From: Anaerovoracaceae bacterium
Lineage (GTDB): Bacteria; Bacillota; Clostridia; Peptostreptococcales; Anaerovoracaceae
Assembly: GCA_036638575.1 (NCBI GenBank)
Contig: JAVWKI010000003.1
Span: 1-31,428, forward strand
Length of the DNA stretch: 31,428 nt
Direction: 5' to 3'
Below, piece by piece: positions 1 to 9,588 of the stretch (position 1 is its first letter; each line of letters starts with the position of its first letter). A program made the translations under genes and the position numbers. The notes under the pieces were generated by a model. That model saw only the letters and a list, made by a program, of their open reading frames with translations, searched no databases and had not been told where the DNA came from.

Positions 1-234
1 CAATCTCTCAAATGTAAACCATTGTTATTAAATAAACAGAATATTTCGCACTTTTTTAAAAATTTAAAACCCTGTCAGCAAGTAACCATGCCCGATCCGC
101 GGTTTTTCAACACTTAAAAAATTTTTTTAACCTTCTGCCATTTCTGCAAACCTTCCCCTAAGGGCACCCCCTCCTTCTGCTTAACATGATGATACCCTTA
201 ATTTTCATATTTATGCATACAATTTGCTTCAATT

Positions 235-266
235 AAAAAACTCCGAGAAATTTCTCGAAGTTTTTT
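235..266 (-). terminator. Rho-independent terminator downstream of MATE gene
   Basis: Imperfect inverted repeat AAAAAACT-C-CGAGAA / TTCTCG-A-AGTTTTTT with A/T tails, about 27 nt past the MATE stop. Confidence 0.6.
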
Positions 267-292
267 CATTTATTCTTGGTTTATTTCTCTCC

Positions 293-1660
293 TCACGAAT
301 GTCGAACTAGGGATTTTATCCATTTTTTTGAAACAAATCGTTTGGTCAAAATGATACATTTTATTATTTCTTCCGATTTCACCACCAAGACGGCAATATA
401 AATTGGCCAATGGAGAACAAGGGCAGTAAAAAATGCCAAAGGAACGCCGATAATCCAAACCGTTCCCACCTCGGTAAACATCGCATATCGGGTGTCTCCA
501 CCGCACCGAAGTACGCCCACAATATTGATTCCGTTATAAAGGACAAGTCCCATAAATAAACCGTACACACAAAGAATCATAAAGGTATAATATGCACCCT
601 CCGGAGTGAAGTTAAAGAGGCTGATAATCGGTTTGGAAATGCCAATCAATGTCAATCCAAAAATCACACCAATAATCGTTCCTACCTTCAATAGCCGCTT
701 TGCTAGCACGTAGGCTTCCTCCATCTTTCCTTCTCCGATTTTTTGCCCCACCATAATCAATACCGCATCGCCCATACTAAAGGCTGCCATCTGCAAGATA
801 TTTTGAATGGTATTTGCCGCTTGCACCGCTGCACATTCTGTAATGCCCACACGAGCAAAAATTGCCACATAAAACGCAGTCCCAAGCCCCCACATGGTTT
901 CATTAATGGTTGTGGGAATGGAATTTTTCACCACACGAAGCACAAAGGCTTTCGGCCATCCGAAATAATCATGAAGCCTACCGCAAAGAATATTCTTCCG
1001 AATAAATACAATATATATGGTAATCAGCACTTGAAGGAATCGAGAAAGCACAGTGGCAATGGCCGCTCCCTTAATCCCCAGTTCCGGTGCACCAAAGCTT
1101 CCGAAAATCAGCAGATAGTTTAATATGGTATTGGTAATAAAGGCTGCAATACTACTGAATAGGGGAATATGTGTCTGCTGGGTTGCCCTAAGGGCACACT
1201 CAAAGGGAAGAATAATGGCAATGAAAAGAAAACACAACCCTCCCGCACGAACATACTGGGTTCCCAGGGCAATGGTTTCGGGAATATTGGTGAAAATTCT
1301 CAATATCTTCTCTGGGAAAAATGTCGCCCCAAGGAAGAATAGGATGCCGATAGCCATGCAAACCGTCAAGGTAAAGCCAATGGTTTTTCGAATCTGCTTG
1401 GTATTCTTTGCTCCCCAAAACTGTGCCATAAAGGTGGAACATCCACTGGAAAATCCATAGACAATCATCCAGAAGATAAAGTAAATCTGAACCGACACCC
1501 CTACTGCCGCAAGCTGACTCTCTCCTAAGCTTCCGACCATCAAGCTGTCCACCAAATTTAAGGATGAGCCGATTAGACTTTGAATTGCAATCGGCAAAGC
1601 CACTCTCGCCAACCGGCCATAAAAATGTTTATTTTCTCTTTCTAGTGTATCGTAAGTCAT
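293..1660 (-). CDS. MATE family multidrug efflux transporter
   Basis: 455 aa with about 12 hydrophobic segments. MATE-typical motifs: [56 protein letters not shown]. Start overlaps the upstream stop (ATGA). Confidence 0.93.
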   Translation of the reverse strand: MTYDTLERENKHFYGRLARVALPIAIQSLIGSSLNLVDSLMVGSLGESQLAAVGVSVQIYFIFWMIVYGFSSGCSTFMAQFWGAKNTKQIRKTIGFTLTVCMAIGILFFLGATFFPEKILRIFTNIPETIALGTQYVRAGGLCFLFIAIILPFECALRATQQTHIPLFSSIAAFITNTILNYLLIFGSFGAPELGIKGAAIATVLSRFLQVLITIYIVFIRKNILCGRLHDYFGWPKAFVLRVVKNSIPTTINETMWGLGTAFYVAIFARVGITECAAVQAANTIQNILQMAAFSMGDAVLIMVGQKIGEGKMEEAYVLAKRLLKVGTIIGVIFGLTLIGISKPIISLFNFTPEGAYYTFMILCVYGLFMGLVLYNGINIVGVLRCGGDTRYAMFTEVGTVWIIGVPLAFFTALVLHWPIYIAVLVVKSEEIIKCIILTKRFVSKKWIKSLVRHS

Positions 1661-2112
1661 TCGTTCCTCAACATTACTATCTTCAATCCGGCTTCTTCCA
1701 GCATCTCTACAGAAAGGGGATCCGGATATCCTTCTTTTACAACAATTCTTCTAATTCCTGCATTGATAATCATCTTTGCACAAATAATGCAAGGCTGATG
1801 GGTGATATACATGCTGGCCCCCTCAATGCTCTGCGCCAAGGTTGCCGCCTGAATAATTGCATTTTGCTCTGCGTGCAATGCTCTGCAAAGCTCATGTCGC
1901 TCTCCCGAAGGAATATTCATGGCTTGCCGCAAGCAGCCGCCCTTTTCACTGCAATGGGGAATGCCCTTAGGCGCACCATTGTATCCAGTAGCAATAATAT
2001 GCTTATCCTGGACGATTACTGCGCCCACCTGCCGTCTCAAGCAGGTAGACCGTTCCGCCGTTAATTCTGCCATTTTCATAAAATATTCATCCCAAGTGGG
2101 TCGTGTATCCAT
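1657..2112 (-). CDS. dCMP deaminase / ComEB-like cytidine-deoxycytidylate deaminase
   Basis: [26 protein letters not shown], and zinc motifs HAEQNA and PCIIC. Start set at ATG 2112, which follows the RBS GGAGGAAAGG (ORF track start 2136). Confidence 0.92.
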   Translation of the reverse strand: MDTRPTWDEYFMKMAELTAERSTCLRRQVGAVIVQDKHIIATGYNGAPKGIPHCSEKGGCLRQAMNIPSGERHELCRALHAEQNAIIQAATLAQSIEGASMYITHQPCIICAKMIINAGIRRIVVKEGYPDPLSVEMLEEAGLKIVMLRNE

Positions 2113-2132
2113 ATCCTTTCCTCCCTGCATAC

Positions 2133-2873
2133 TCAATAGTACACCTCCTGCAAGTAAAGTCCTTGCGGCGGTGCGGTATGCCCCGCTTTTGTTCTATCCT
2201 TACCGGCAAGAATTTTTTTCATCTCTTCTGCCGGGATTTTGCCGCTTCCTACATCCACTAGCGTTCCGGTAATGATTCTTACCATATTATACAAGAATCC
2301 ATCACCTACAATTTCCAAGGTAATCTCTTCTCCCTGTTTTTCTAAGGTTAGGCTGTGCACCGTCCTTACGGTTGTCTCTCGTTCCTCACCTCCGGAAGCT
2401 TCAAAACATTTGAAATCATGGGTACCCACAATCTCTGCTGCGGCAAGCCGCATCAGGTCCAAGTTTAAAGGCTTTTTTACATAGTAATAAAGGTTCCGTC
2501 CAAAAGGACTTTTCTCCTCTGTGTTCATTATTTTGTAGCAATATTTCTTGCCTACCGCATTAAACCTCGCATGAAAACCCGCTTCTTTTTCTTCAACAGC
2601 ACCAATCCGAATTGCTCCGGGTAAGATATTGTTTACCGCAAATTTTATCCGTTCTGTGGGAATACCAAATTCACCGGAAAAAGATGCCCGCTGCCCAAAG
2701 GCATGGACCCCTCCATCCGTTCTACTGGTTCCGTTAATTTTAATGGGCTTACCGCAAATTATCGACAACGCTTTTTCCACTTCTCCTTGGACGGTGGGAA
2801 CATTTGGCTGTCTCTGCCAACCAAAAAAATCGGTTCCATCATATTCTATTGTCAGCAAAATCGTTCGTTCCAT
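2133..2873 (-). CDS. truA: tRNA pseudouridine(38-40) synthase
   Basis: [14 protein letters not shown], catalytic [33 protein letters not shown]. Confidence 0.96.
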   Translation of the reverse strand: MERTILLTIEYDGTDFFGWQRQPNVPTVQGEVEKALSIICGKPIKINGTSRTDGGVHAFGQRASFSGEFGIPTERIKFAVNNILPGAIRIGAVEEKEAGFHARFNAVGKKYCYKIMNTEEKSPFGRNLYYYVKKPLNLDLMRLAAAEIVGTHDFKCFEASGGEERETTVRTVHSLTLEKQGEEITLEIVGDGFLYNMVRIITGTLVDVGSGKIPAEEMKKILAGKDRTKAGHTAPPQGLYLQEVYY

Positions 2874-2925
2874 TGTATTATTTACTTTCTTTTCTTTGTA
2901 TTTTTTTATCTTTTTTGGTCAATCT

Positions 2926-3219
2926 TTATCTAGGCAGCTGAATTTTTTTGTTGTCTACAGACTCACGATAAAGGGTAAATTTGTGACCGATAGCTTGTAC
3001 AAATTCTGCATTTAACTCTTCTGCCAATTCATTTGCAACTTCCTTTGCCTTTAAATAGCAGCCTTCTTGCAGCTTTACCTTCACCAATTCTCTTGACTCA
3101 AAGCCGTTTTCCAATTCTTTGCGAATATTCTCCGTCAAGCCGTTTTTTCCTAGAAATACCGTAGGTTCCATATCATGTGCTAGCTTTTTCAAGTAGCTTC
3201 TTTGCTTTCCTGTTATCAT
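2926..3219 (-). CDS. yhbY: YhbY/CRM-domain RNA-binding ribosome assembly protein
   Basis: 97 aa. MITGKQRSYLKKLAH, GKNGLT, ELVKVK, VQAIGHKFTLYR match the CRM/YhbY pattern. Confidence 0.9.
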   Translation of the reverse strand: MITGKQRSYLKKLAHDMEPTVFLGKNGLTENIRKELENGFESRELVKVKLQEGCYLKAKEVANELAEELNAEFVQAIGHKFTLYRESVDNKKIQLPR

Positions 3220-3266
3220 TTCTTCTCCTTTTTTCTCTTCCGCAAATCTCTGGCAATCCTATCCGC

Positions 3267-3959
3267 CTATTTTAGCGGAAAGAATAACACGATGCATATT
3301 CCTGCTGCAGCCTCTATGTAGAGGGCTAGCGGATATTGCACTATCTTCTTTTGTTTCTTTTTTAGCAGCCCCATCGCTGCCCCAATTCCTGCCAAAAACA
3401 CCCCAAAAATAAGAACAAAGCCGATTCCTTTTGGTCCGAGCATTAACCCTAACGCTCCGCAAAGCTTAGCACTTCCAAGGAGCAAGCCTTCTTTTTTTCG
3501 GATTAATTTCCCCGCCAAGCCCAGGAGGATCATCCCGCCAAATCCAATCAATGCACCCCATAGTAGCTGCAAATATTGTGAATGGAAGGGGATAAATCCA
3601 AAGGCAGTAATGGCCAAAAATAAAACCAGCTCCTGGGAAATTACCTTGTATTTTTTGGTGGCAATGGCCAGTTCTAAAAGCAACCACAGGGCAAAGGTTG
3701 CCCCTATGGCATACTGCCAGTTTTTCATTCCTAAATAGATGTCGATGACAATAAAAGACGCAACGAAGACATATTTCCAAGGATAGCTTTTAATCCGTTG
3801 ACTGTGGGGAGAAAGAACCGCCTCATCCGGTTCTTTCCCATAATCACAAAGCCACGTTGCAGGGATTCGATTGAATCCATAAACCGCTCCATTGCCTGCA
3901 ATCACGCCCACGCCTATGCTCGCTGCGACAATTATTATACTCCTTAACAGTTGATCCAT
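3267..3959 (-). CDS. Prepilin peptidase (A24/GXGD) homologue, both catalytic Asp apparently substituted
   Basis: Polytopic membrane protein with A24 layout, but ELAIATKKY where homologues have xIxD-x-K/R-Y and LLGSAKL where they have GxGDxKL. C-terminal YPLALYI resembles the PFxPFI-type motif. Start at 3959 (TAATG overlap with the malic enzyme stop). Confidence 0.72.
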   Translation of the reverse strand: MDQLLRSIIIVAASIGVGVIAGNGAVYGFNRIPATWLCDYGKEPDEAVLSPHSQRIKSYPWKYVFVASFIVIDIYLGMKNWQYAIGATFALWLLLELAIATKKYKVISQELVLFLAITAFGFIPFHSQYLQLLWGALIGFGGMILLGLAGKLIRKKEGLLLGSAKLCGALGLMLGPKGIGFVLIFGVFLAGIGAAMGLLKKKQKKIVQYPLALYIEAAAGICIVLFFPLK

Positions 3960-5101
3960 TATTCCTTCCATGCTCCTGCAACCGCATCGGCCACTACATC
4001 AGCAACGCCGGGAGTGAATGCACTTGGAATAATATTTTCTGCTGTTAAATCCTTATCTTCAATTACTTCTGCTAGGGCATAGGCCGCCGCAACTTTCATT
4101 TCTTCGGTGATTCTCTTTGCCCCTGCCCTTAGGGCACCCTTAAATAGTCCCGGGAAAATCAAAACATTGTTGATCTGATTAGGAAAATCCGATCGCCCTG
4201 TTGCCACAACTGCAGCCCCGGCTTCTCTGGCAAGATCCGGCATAATTTCCGGCTCTGGATTGGCCATGGCAAAAATCATGGAATCCTTATCCATCGCACC
4301 AATCATCTCCGCGCTTAGTGCCTTTGGTCCGGATACGCCCACAAACAGATCTCTATCCTTTACTGCCTCTGCCAAATCACAGCCATAGGTACAAGCAATG
4401 CCGTCCTTAGCTGCCAAAAGTTTTTCTGCAAGGGCCTGTGCCGGCTCTTTGCGCTTATCACAAACTGCAATATCACAAACGCCTAAGCTGAACAGCATCT
4501 TGGCGATGGCAGTTCCTGCCGCTCCCGCACCATTTAATACAAGCTTTAATTGATCAATTCGTTTTCCGGTTAATCTGCACGCATTGATTACCGCCGCGGA
4601 AACCACCACTGCCGTTCCATGCTGATCGTCATGAAATACCGGAATATCCACCTCCGCTTGCAATCGCTCTTCGATTTCAAAGCAACGCGGGGCGGAAATG
4701 TCTTCTAAGTTAATTCCCCCTAGCGTTGGTGCAATATTTTTGGCGATCATCACAATATCTTCCACCTCTTGGCTTTGGATACAAATGGGAATCGCATCTA
4801 CTCCTGCAAACTCTTTAAACAACAAGCATTTTCCATCCATAACCGGGATAGAGGCTGCCGCGCCAATATTTCCAAGACCCAGCACCGCAGAGCCATCACT
4901 GATTACCGCTACGGTATTGCTCTTGTTGGTGTATCGATATACCTCTTCCGGGTTTTCGTGTATTTTTCTGCACGGCTCTGCAACACCCGGAGTGTAAGCG
5001 GTAGAAAGATCTTCTTTTGTCTTTACTGCAACCTTGCTAATGGTTGCCATTTTCCCTTTATTTTGTTCGTGCATCTCTAAGGATGCTTTGTAATAATCCA
5101 T
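3959..5101 (-). CDS. NAD(P)-dependent malic enzyme (short, no PTA domain)
   Basis: AYTPGVA, SDGSAVLGLGNIG, GINLEDISAPRCF, FHDDQHGTA, GAGAAG, FAMANP, TGRSDFPNQINNVLIFPG. Confidence 0.94.
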   Translation of the reverse strand: MDYYKASLEMHEQNKGKMATISKVAVKTKEDLSTAYTPGVAEPCRKIHENPEEVYRYTNKSNTVAVISDGSAVLGLGNIGAAASIPVMDGKCLLFKEFAGVDAIPICIQSQEVEDIVMIAKNIAPTLGGINLEDISAPRCFEIEERLQAEVDIPVFHDDQHGTAVVVSAAVINACRLTGKRIDQLKLVLNGAGAAGTAIAKMLFSLGVCDIAVCDKRKEPAQALAEKLLAAKDGIACTYGCDLAEAVKDRDLFVGVSGPKALSAEMIGAMDKDSMIFAMANPEPEIMPDLAREAGAAVVATGRSDFPNQINNVLIFPGLFKGALRAGAKRITEEMKVAAAYALAEVIEDKDLTAENIIPSAFTPGVADVVADAVAGAWKE

Positions 5102-5110
5102 TGTTTTCTC

Positions 5111-6748
5111 CTATTTCTGCACCTTGAAGCTGCTCTTTAGGTCCACAATCCGGTTAAATACTTTTTCTGTTTCTGTCGTTAACTTACTGTCTGCCACATA
5201 ATATCCATGTCTGAAAAACTGGAATTTTTCTCCCGGTTTTGCAGCCTGAATGGATGGCTCTGCCATAGCCTTGTATTCTACCAGTGAATCCGGATTCATT
5301 TCTCCTTCAAGCATTAGGTAGCCATAATCTCTAATCGTAATTTCTTCTGCGGTTTTGGCATCAATCCAGTGAATTGTGCCCTTAACCTTTCTTCCTTCAA
5401 ATCCGTTTCCTGAACGGGTTTGCGGATCGTAGGTACAATGCAGTTCCTTGATGGTTCCATCTTCATTTTTGATCACTTGGTCACAGGTAATGAAGTACGC
5501 CCCTTTGAATCGAACCTCGTTTCCTGGGAAGAGTCTGAAATATTTCTTTATCGGCTCTTCCATGAAGTCTGCTCCATCTACATAAAGTTCCTTGCTAAAC
5601 GGAACCATTCTGTTGCCCATTTCCGGAACATTTCTGTTGTTTTCCATCTCCATTTCTTCGGTTTGATCTTCCGGGTAATTGGTAATCACAACCTTAATTG
5701 GATCAAAAACAACATTTCTGCTCTCTACCTTGTCCTGTAAGTCTTCTCTGACGCAGTGCTCTAAAAGAGAAACCTCTACCACACTGTTGGCTTTGGCCAC
5801 GCCAATTCGCTCACAAAAATCTCTGATGGCTTCTGGCGTATACCCTCTTCTTCTGAGCCCTGCAATGGTTGGCATTCTCGGATCATCCCAACCTTCAACC
5901 TTTCCCTCGTCTACTAGTGCCTTTAAATGTCTTTTGCTCATCACCGTATTGGTAATATTTAGTCTTGCAAATTCGATCTGCTGCGGCTGTGGATTCCACC
6001 AGCCCAGCTCATTTAAGGTCCAGTCGTATAGTGGTCGATGATCTTCAAACTCTAACGTACAAATTGAATGGGTTATGCCCTCGATGGCATCTTCAATGGG
6101 ATGAGCGAAATCATACATTGGATAGATACACCACTGGTTTCCCGTATTGTGATGCTGTACATGAGCAATTCTGTAAATTACAGGATCTCTCATGTTGATA
6201 TTTGCGCTAGCCATATCTATTTTTGCACGCAAAACTTTTTCTCCGTCTGCGTATTTTCCTTCTTTCATCTCTTCGAAAAGTCTTAAGTTTTCTTCTACAC
6301 TTCGTTCTCGATAAGGACTTTCCTTCCCCGGCTCGGTCAATGTTCCTCTATAGCTTCGAATTTCTTCTGCATTGAGATCACAAACAAAGGCCTTACCCTT
6401 TTGAATCAAGGTCACTGCCGCCTCATACATCTTTGGGAAATAGTCCGAAGCCCAAAGCTGTTTATCCCACTGGAAACCAAGCCATGTGATATCTTCTTCA
6501 ATGGAGTCAACATATTCAATGTCTTCCTTCACCGGGTTGGTATCGTCATATCGTAGGTTGCACATTCCGTTATACTTCTGTGCCGTTGTAAAGTTTAAAC
6601 AAATTGACTTTGCATGACCAATATGCAAATATCCATTTGGTTCCGGCGGAAATCTGGTATAAACCTTATCTCCGTATTTCCCCTCTTCAAGGTCCTTATC
6701 AATAATATTGCGTATAAAATTTGATGATTTATTTTCCATCTCTGACAT
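5111..6748 (-). CDS. glnS: Glutamine--tRNA ligase
   Basis: [19 protein letters not shown] (HIGH), [15 protein letters not shown] (MSK-type), [35 protein letters not shown] 7 nt upstream. Confidence 0.97.
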   Translation of the reverse strand: MSEMENKSSNFIRNIIDKDLEEGKYGDKVYTRFPPEPNGYLHIGHAKSICLNFTTAQKYNGMCNLRYDDTNPVKEDIEYVDSIEEDITWLGFQWDKQLWASDYFPKMYEAAVTLIQKGKAFVCDLNAEEIRSYRGTLTEPGKESPYRERSVEENLRLFEEMKEGKYADGEKVLRAKIDMASANINMRDPVIYRIAHVQHHNTGNQWCIYPMYDFAHPIEDAIEGITHSICTLEFEDHRPLYDWTLNELGWWNPQPQQIEFARLNITNTVMSKRHLKALVDEGKVEGWDDPRMPTIAGLRRRGYTPEAIRDFCERIGVAKANSVVEVSLLEHCVREDLQDKVESRNVVFDPIKVVITNYPEDQTEEMEMENNRNVPEMGNRMVPFSKELYVDGADFMEEPIKKYFRLFPGNEVRFKGAYFITCDQVIKNEDGTIKELHCTYDPQTRSGNGFEGRKVKGTIHWIDAKTAEEITIRDYGYLMLEGEMNPDSLVEYKAMAEPSIQAAKPGEKFQFFRHGYYVADSKLTTETEKVFNRIVDLKSSFKVQK

Positions 6749-6845
6749 AGCGTGACTCCTTCATAAAAACTATTAATTTGCCTAGGTATTATACCATATT
6801 GGTCAGAATTATTCTACCTCTGTCCCCAATAAAAAGGATAGTCTA

Positions 6846-6866
6846 GGGCCATTTCTCAATCGGCCC
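6846..6866 (-). terminator. Possible weak terminator after radical SAM gene
   Basis: Short GC stem GGGCC...GGCCC, followed several nt later on the minus strand by CCTTTTT. Confidence 0.3.
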
Positions 6867-6882
6867 GCCCTTCCCGGTTCGT

Positions 6883-7971
6883 TTAAATAAATTGCTTCAT
6901 CAGCTGCTCTGAAAGTTCATCAATATTTTCTGCGGTAATTTGGTTTGCTTCAATCAGCTCCCTTACCTTCCCCGCAAATATAGGATTCTCCAAATCGGCC
7001 CGGCTATGCAAATAACCGATTCTTCGCCCCACGCGGAAAACAAGTTGTTCCTCCTCCGGCAGAGCCAGGAACCAGTCTAAGGCACCCAAAATCTTTTCCT
7101 TTTCTTCCGGAAGCTTTCCTGAGGCCTCGGGGATCAAATTCAAAATATGATCGTTGCTAACGACTCTACTATGGATTCCCTCTAGTAATGAAATCATTCG
7201 GCGAAGCTCCCTTACCATGTCCAAATCCTTGGTTCTGGTAAATCGTCCATTGGCATAATCCTCTGCCAATGGAACCCCATCAATGACCACAAAGGTTCTA
7301 ATTCGAATATAGTCCGGATCAATTTGATTTAAGGCATCTGCTGTTTCTTCAGCATTTTTTTCGCTGTATTCCTTGCCGCCAAGCCCAGGCATATAGTACT
7401 CCGACAAGGTAATCCCCGCAGCTTTGATCTTTCTTCCCGCTTCAATATGAATTGCCTTAGTTGCACCTTTTTTGACGCCTTCCAAAACCGCATCGCAGCC
7501 GCTTTCCATTCCAATATGTACCCTGTTCAGGCCTGCTGCAAACAAGGTGTTTAACTCCTCTTCCGTCTTTCTTGCAACGGTATGCGACCGAGCATAGGAG
7601 GTAACCCGCTCTACGCTAGGAAATTCCTCTTTGACCAAACGTATAATCTCTGCCAAATCTTCTGACGGTGCAATCAACGTATTGGCGTCTTGCAAAAACA
7701 CCGACTTCATTCCCGCCAACTTCCATTGATGCGCCATCTGTGCCGCACTACTTCCGTCAAACTCTCCTGTGTCCGCATAGTGTTTTACCCGTCGAATTTC
7801 TGCTTTTATTTCTTCTTTGTCCCGCAACGAAAATTTCTTCCCCTTGTATAATCCGCAGAATTTACACTGATTCCAAGGGCAGTTTCTGGTCACACGAAGA
7901 AGCAGGCTCTCCGCCTCACTTGGTGGGCGAATTGGTCCTAGTTCAAGATTTTCAAGCATCCTATTTTCCAT
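6883..7971 (-). CDS. Radical SAM protein of unknown function (IRPPSEA-type family)
   Basis: GPIRPPSEAESLLLRVTRNCPWNQCKFC (CX4CX2C), FLQDAN, VHIGMESG, YYMPGLGG, PDYIRIRT, NDHILN. Confidence 0.88.
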   Translation of the reverse strand: MENRMLENLELGPIRPPSEAESLLLRVTRNCPWNQCKFCGLYKGKKFSLRDKEEIKAEIRRVKHYADTGEFDGSSAAQMAHQWKLAGMKSVFLQDANTLIAPSEDLAEIIRLVKEEFPSVERVTSYARSHTVARKTEEELNTLFAAGLNRVHIGMESGCDAVLEGVKKGATKAIHIEAGRKIKAAGITLSEYYMPGLGGKEYSEKNAEETADALNQIDPDYIRIRTFVVIDGVPLAEDYANGRFTRTKDLDMVRELRRMISLLEGIHSRVVSNDHILNLIPEASGKLPEEKEKILGALDWFLALPEEEQLVFRVGRRIGYLHSRADLENPIFAGKVRELIEANQITAENIDELSEQLMKQFI

Positions 7972-8020
7972 TGTTCATTCCCCTTTTTCTTTTTCTTAAC
8001 CTTATCACTTCTCTTGCCCT

Positions 8021-8049
8021 AGTGTACCACAAACTTTCTGCTACGTCAG
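8021..8049 (-). promoter_or_regulatory. Candidate sigmaA promoter of radical SAM gene
   Basis: Minus strand CTGACG-17 nt-TACACT with extended -10 TG. Confidence 0.5.
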
Positions 8050-8072
8050 TACCTTGCCAGGGGTTCAATGGA

Positions 8073-9380
8073 CTATTTCCAGGTACGTTTACTTCCGGTT
8101 AACTCCTGAGCATAGCCCCATAATGCAGTGGGGGACATGACGCACTGATAAAACAGAATAAACAAAATAAACCCACCGATATTTCGCCGAACTTTCAATT
8201 CTAACTGATCAAAAACTTGAATTTTTTGTAATCGCATTAAGATAATAAAGGTTGCTAATGTCATAGGAAGAACGAAAAAAAACATAATTCCAACAATAAG
8301 ATAGTTTCCAAATAGAGCAAGAATCACTCCCGGTATAAAGAAAAAAGTATAAGCAAAGTCAATGTAAATAATCGCAATATCTAACAGCGTTAACACTTTG
8401 TAGTACAGATTTGGCTGCTGCCAAGGTTTCACTGCTCTCAGGCCTTCAATCATCCCTCTTGCCCAGCGAGAGCGTTGTCTCACCAAGTGAACAAATTTTT
8501 CCGGTACCTCGGTAAAGGCCACCGCCAAGGGTTCATAATATACCTTCCAGTTCACCTTCAAAAAATTCCAGGTAAGGACAATATCTTCTCCAATACAATC
8601 CTGCCATCCACCGAAGGATCGTACTAGCTCCGTGTTGTAAATACTAAATGCCCCTTGCGCCACCAAGGTTCCTTGGTACATTCCCTGCATTTTTTTAATT
8701 GCCGCCATGCTGATAAAGTAGTCCCACTCTTGCATTTTGGTCCAAAGATTAGACCGGCTATTTTTTGCCATAATTGCACCGGCCACCGCCCCTACATCCT
8801 CATAGGCATCGATTCGTGCAACTAAGTAACGCAAAGCCTTCTGGTGAAGCAAGGTATCTGCATCAATGGTCACAACATACTCTGTTTCTACCTTTTCCAA
8901 AGCTTGGTTCAAGGCAAAATGCTTCCCCTGCTCAGCTACAAAGCAATAGTTTATGGGCATCTTCAAAAAATCCTTGCTTGCACGCTCTACTTCTGCCTTT
9001 GTGCCATCGGTAGAATTATTGTCTGCAACCCAAACCGTTACTGCACCCTGATAATCCTGTTGATGTAAATACTTTAAGGTGTTATAAATGTTTTCCTCTT
9101 CATTGTAGGCGGCAATTAACACCGTAATCGGCTTCAATGGATTGGTATTGATATTGTATTTTTGCTTATTTAGCAAAGAGCTAATCACCAACAATAAGTT
9201 AATGAAGCCCGGGACCAGTCCTACTCCCCCAATGATCAGAACTGCCAACACCTCTCCTACAACTGCCGAAAGATCATGAAACCAGGGAATTCCAATGAAT
9301 AGACAAATTGTCATATACAAACAAGCTCCCCCCAGAGAAATGAAAAATTTGTGCTTAACCGGCACATACCACTTTGACAT
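8073..9380 (-). CDS. Processive glycosyltransferase family 2 (IcaA/PgaC-like)
   Basis: IAAYNEE, DNNSTD, GKHFALN, TIDADT (DxD), IGED and QRSRW (QxxRW). N- and C-terminal TM helices. Confidence 0.9.
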   Translation of the reverse strand: MSKWYVPVKHKFFISLGGACLYMTICLFIGIPWFHDLSAVVGEVLAVLIIGGVGLVPGFINLLLVISSLLNKQKYNINTNPLKPITVLIAAYNEEENIYNTLKYLHQQDYQGAVTVWVADNNSTDGTKAEVERASKDFLKMPINYCFVAEQGKHFALNQALEKVETEYVVTIDADTLLHQKALRYLVARIDAYEDVGAVAGAIMAKNSRSNLWTKMQEWDYFISMAAIKKMQGMYQGTLVAQGAFSIYNTELVRSFGGWQDCIGEDIVLTWNFLKVNWKVYYEPLAVAFTEVPEKFVHLVRQRSRWARGMIEGLRAVKPWQQPNLYYKVLTLLDIAIIYIDFAYTFFFIPGVILALFGNYLIVGIMFFFVLPMTLATFIILMRLQKIQVFDQLELKVRRNIGGFILFILFYQCVMSPTALWGYAQELTGSKRTWK

Positions 9381-9429
9381 GAATACCCTCCTATCTTGTC
9401 CAAGTTTAACTTACCTTTTCTATACCAGT

Positions 9430-9458
9430 ATACTATCACTTCCTTCTGTAGAAAGCAA
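9430..9458 (-). promoter_or_regulatory. Candidate proximal sigmaA promoter of GT2 gene
   Basis: Minus strand TTGCTT-17 nt-TAGTAT, about 50 nt upstream of the GGAGG RBS and ATG. Confidence 0.45.
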
Positions 9459-9548
9459 TAGGTCTTACCGCCCTATCATAAAAAGAAGAAAAGTTTAATC
9501 TTTCCCACTTTTCTTTCTTCTTTTATCCTTTTTTCTTCTTTTTATTTT

Positions 9549-9581
9549 TATATAGCACCCTTATCTTAAAATTTTCTTAAA
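9549..9581 (-). promoter_or_regulatory. CiaR-type direct-repeat box plus -10, facing the GT2 gene
   Basis: Minus strand TTTAAG-AAAAT-TTTAAG (9581-9565), then 10 nt, then TATATA (9554-9549). Confidence 0.65.
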
Positions 9582-9588
9582 GCACTTC

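Noticed and set aside
120-180. 17-aa minus-strand ORF (MPLGEGLQKWQKVKKIF) after an AAGGAGG
   Set aside because: SD-to-GTG spacing is only about 2 nt and there is no other support.
1657-3959. Competence operon (ComEB-like deaminase plus ComC-like peptidase)
   Set aside because: They are separated by truA and yhbY in a housekeeping run, there is no comEA/comEC, and the peptidase looks inactive. The deaminase is adequately explained as a nucleotide-metabolism enzyme.
6749-6882. T-box leader upstream of glnS
   Set aside because: The intergenic region is about 135 nt and has no AGGGTGGNACCGCG T-box sequence or specifier stem.
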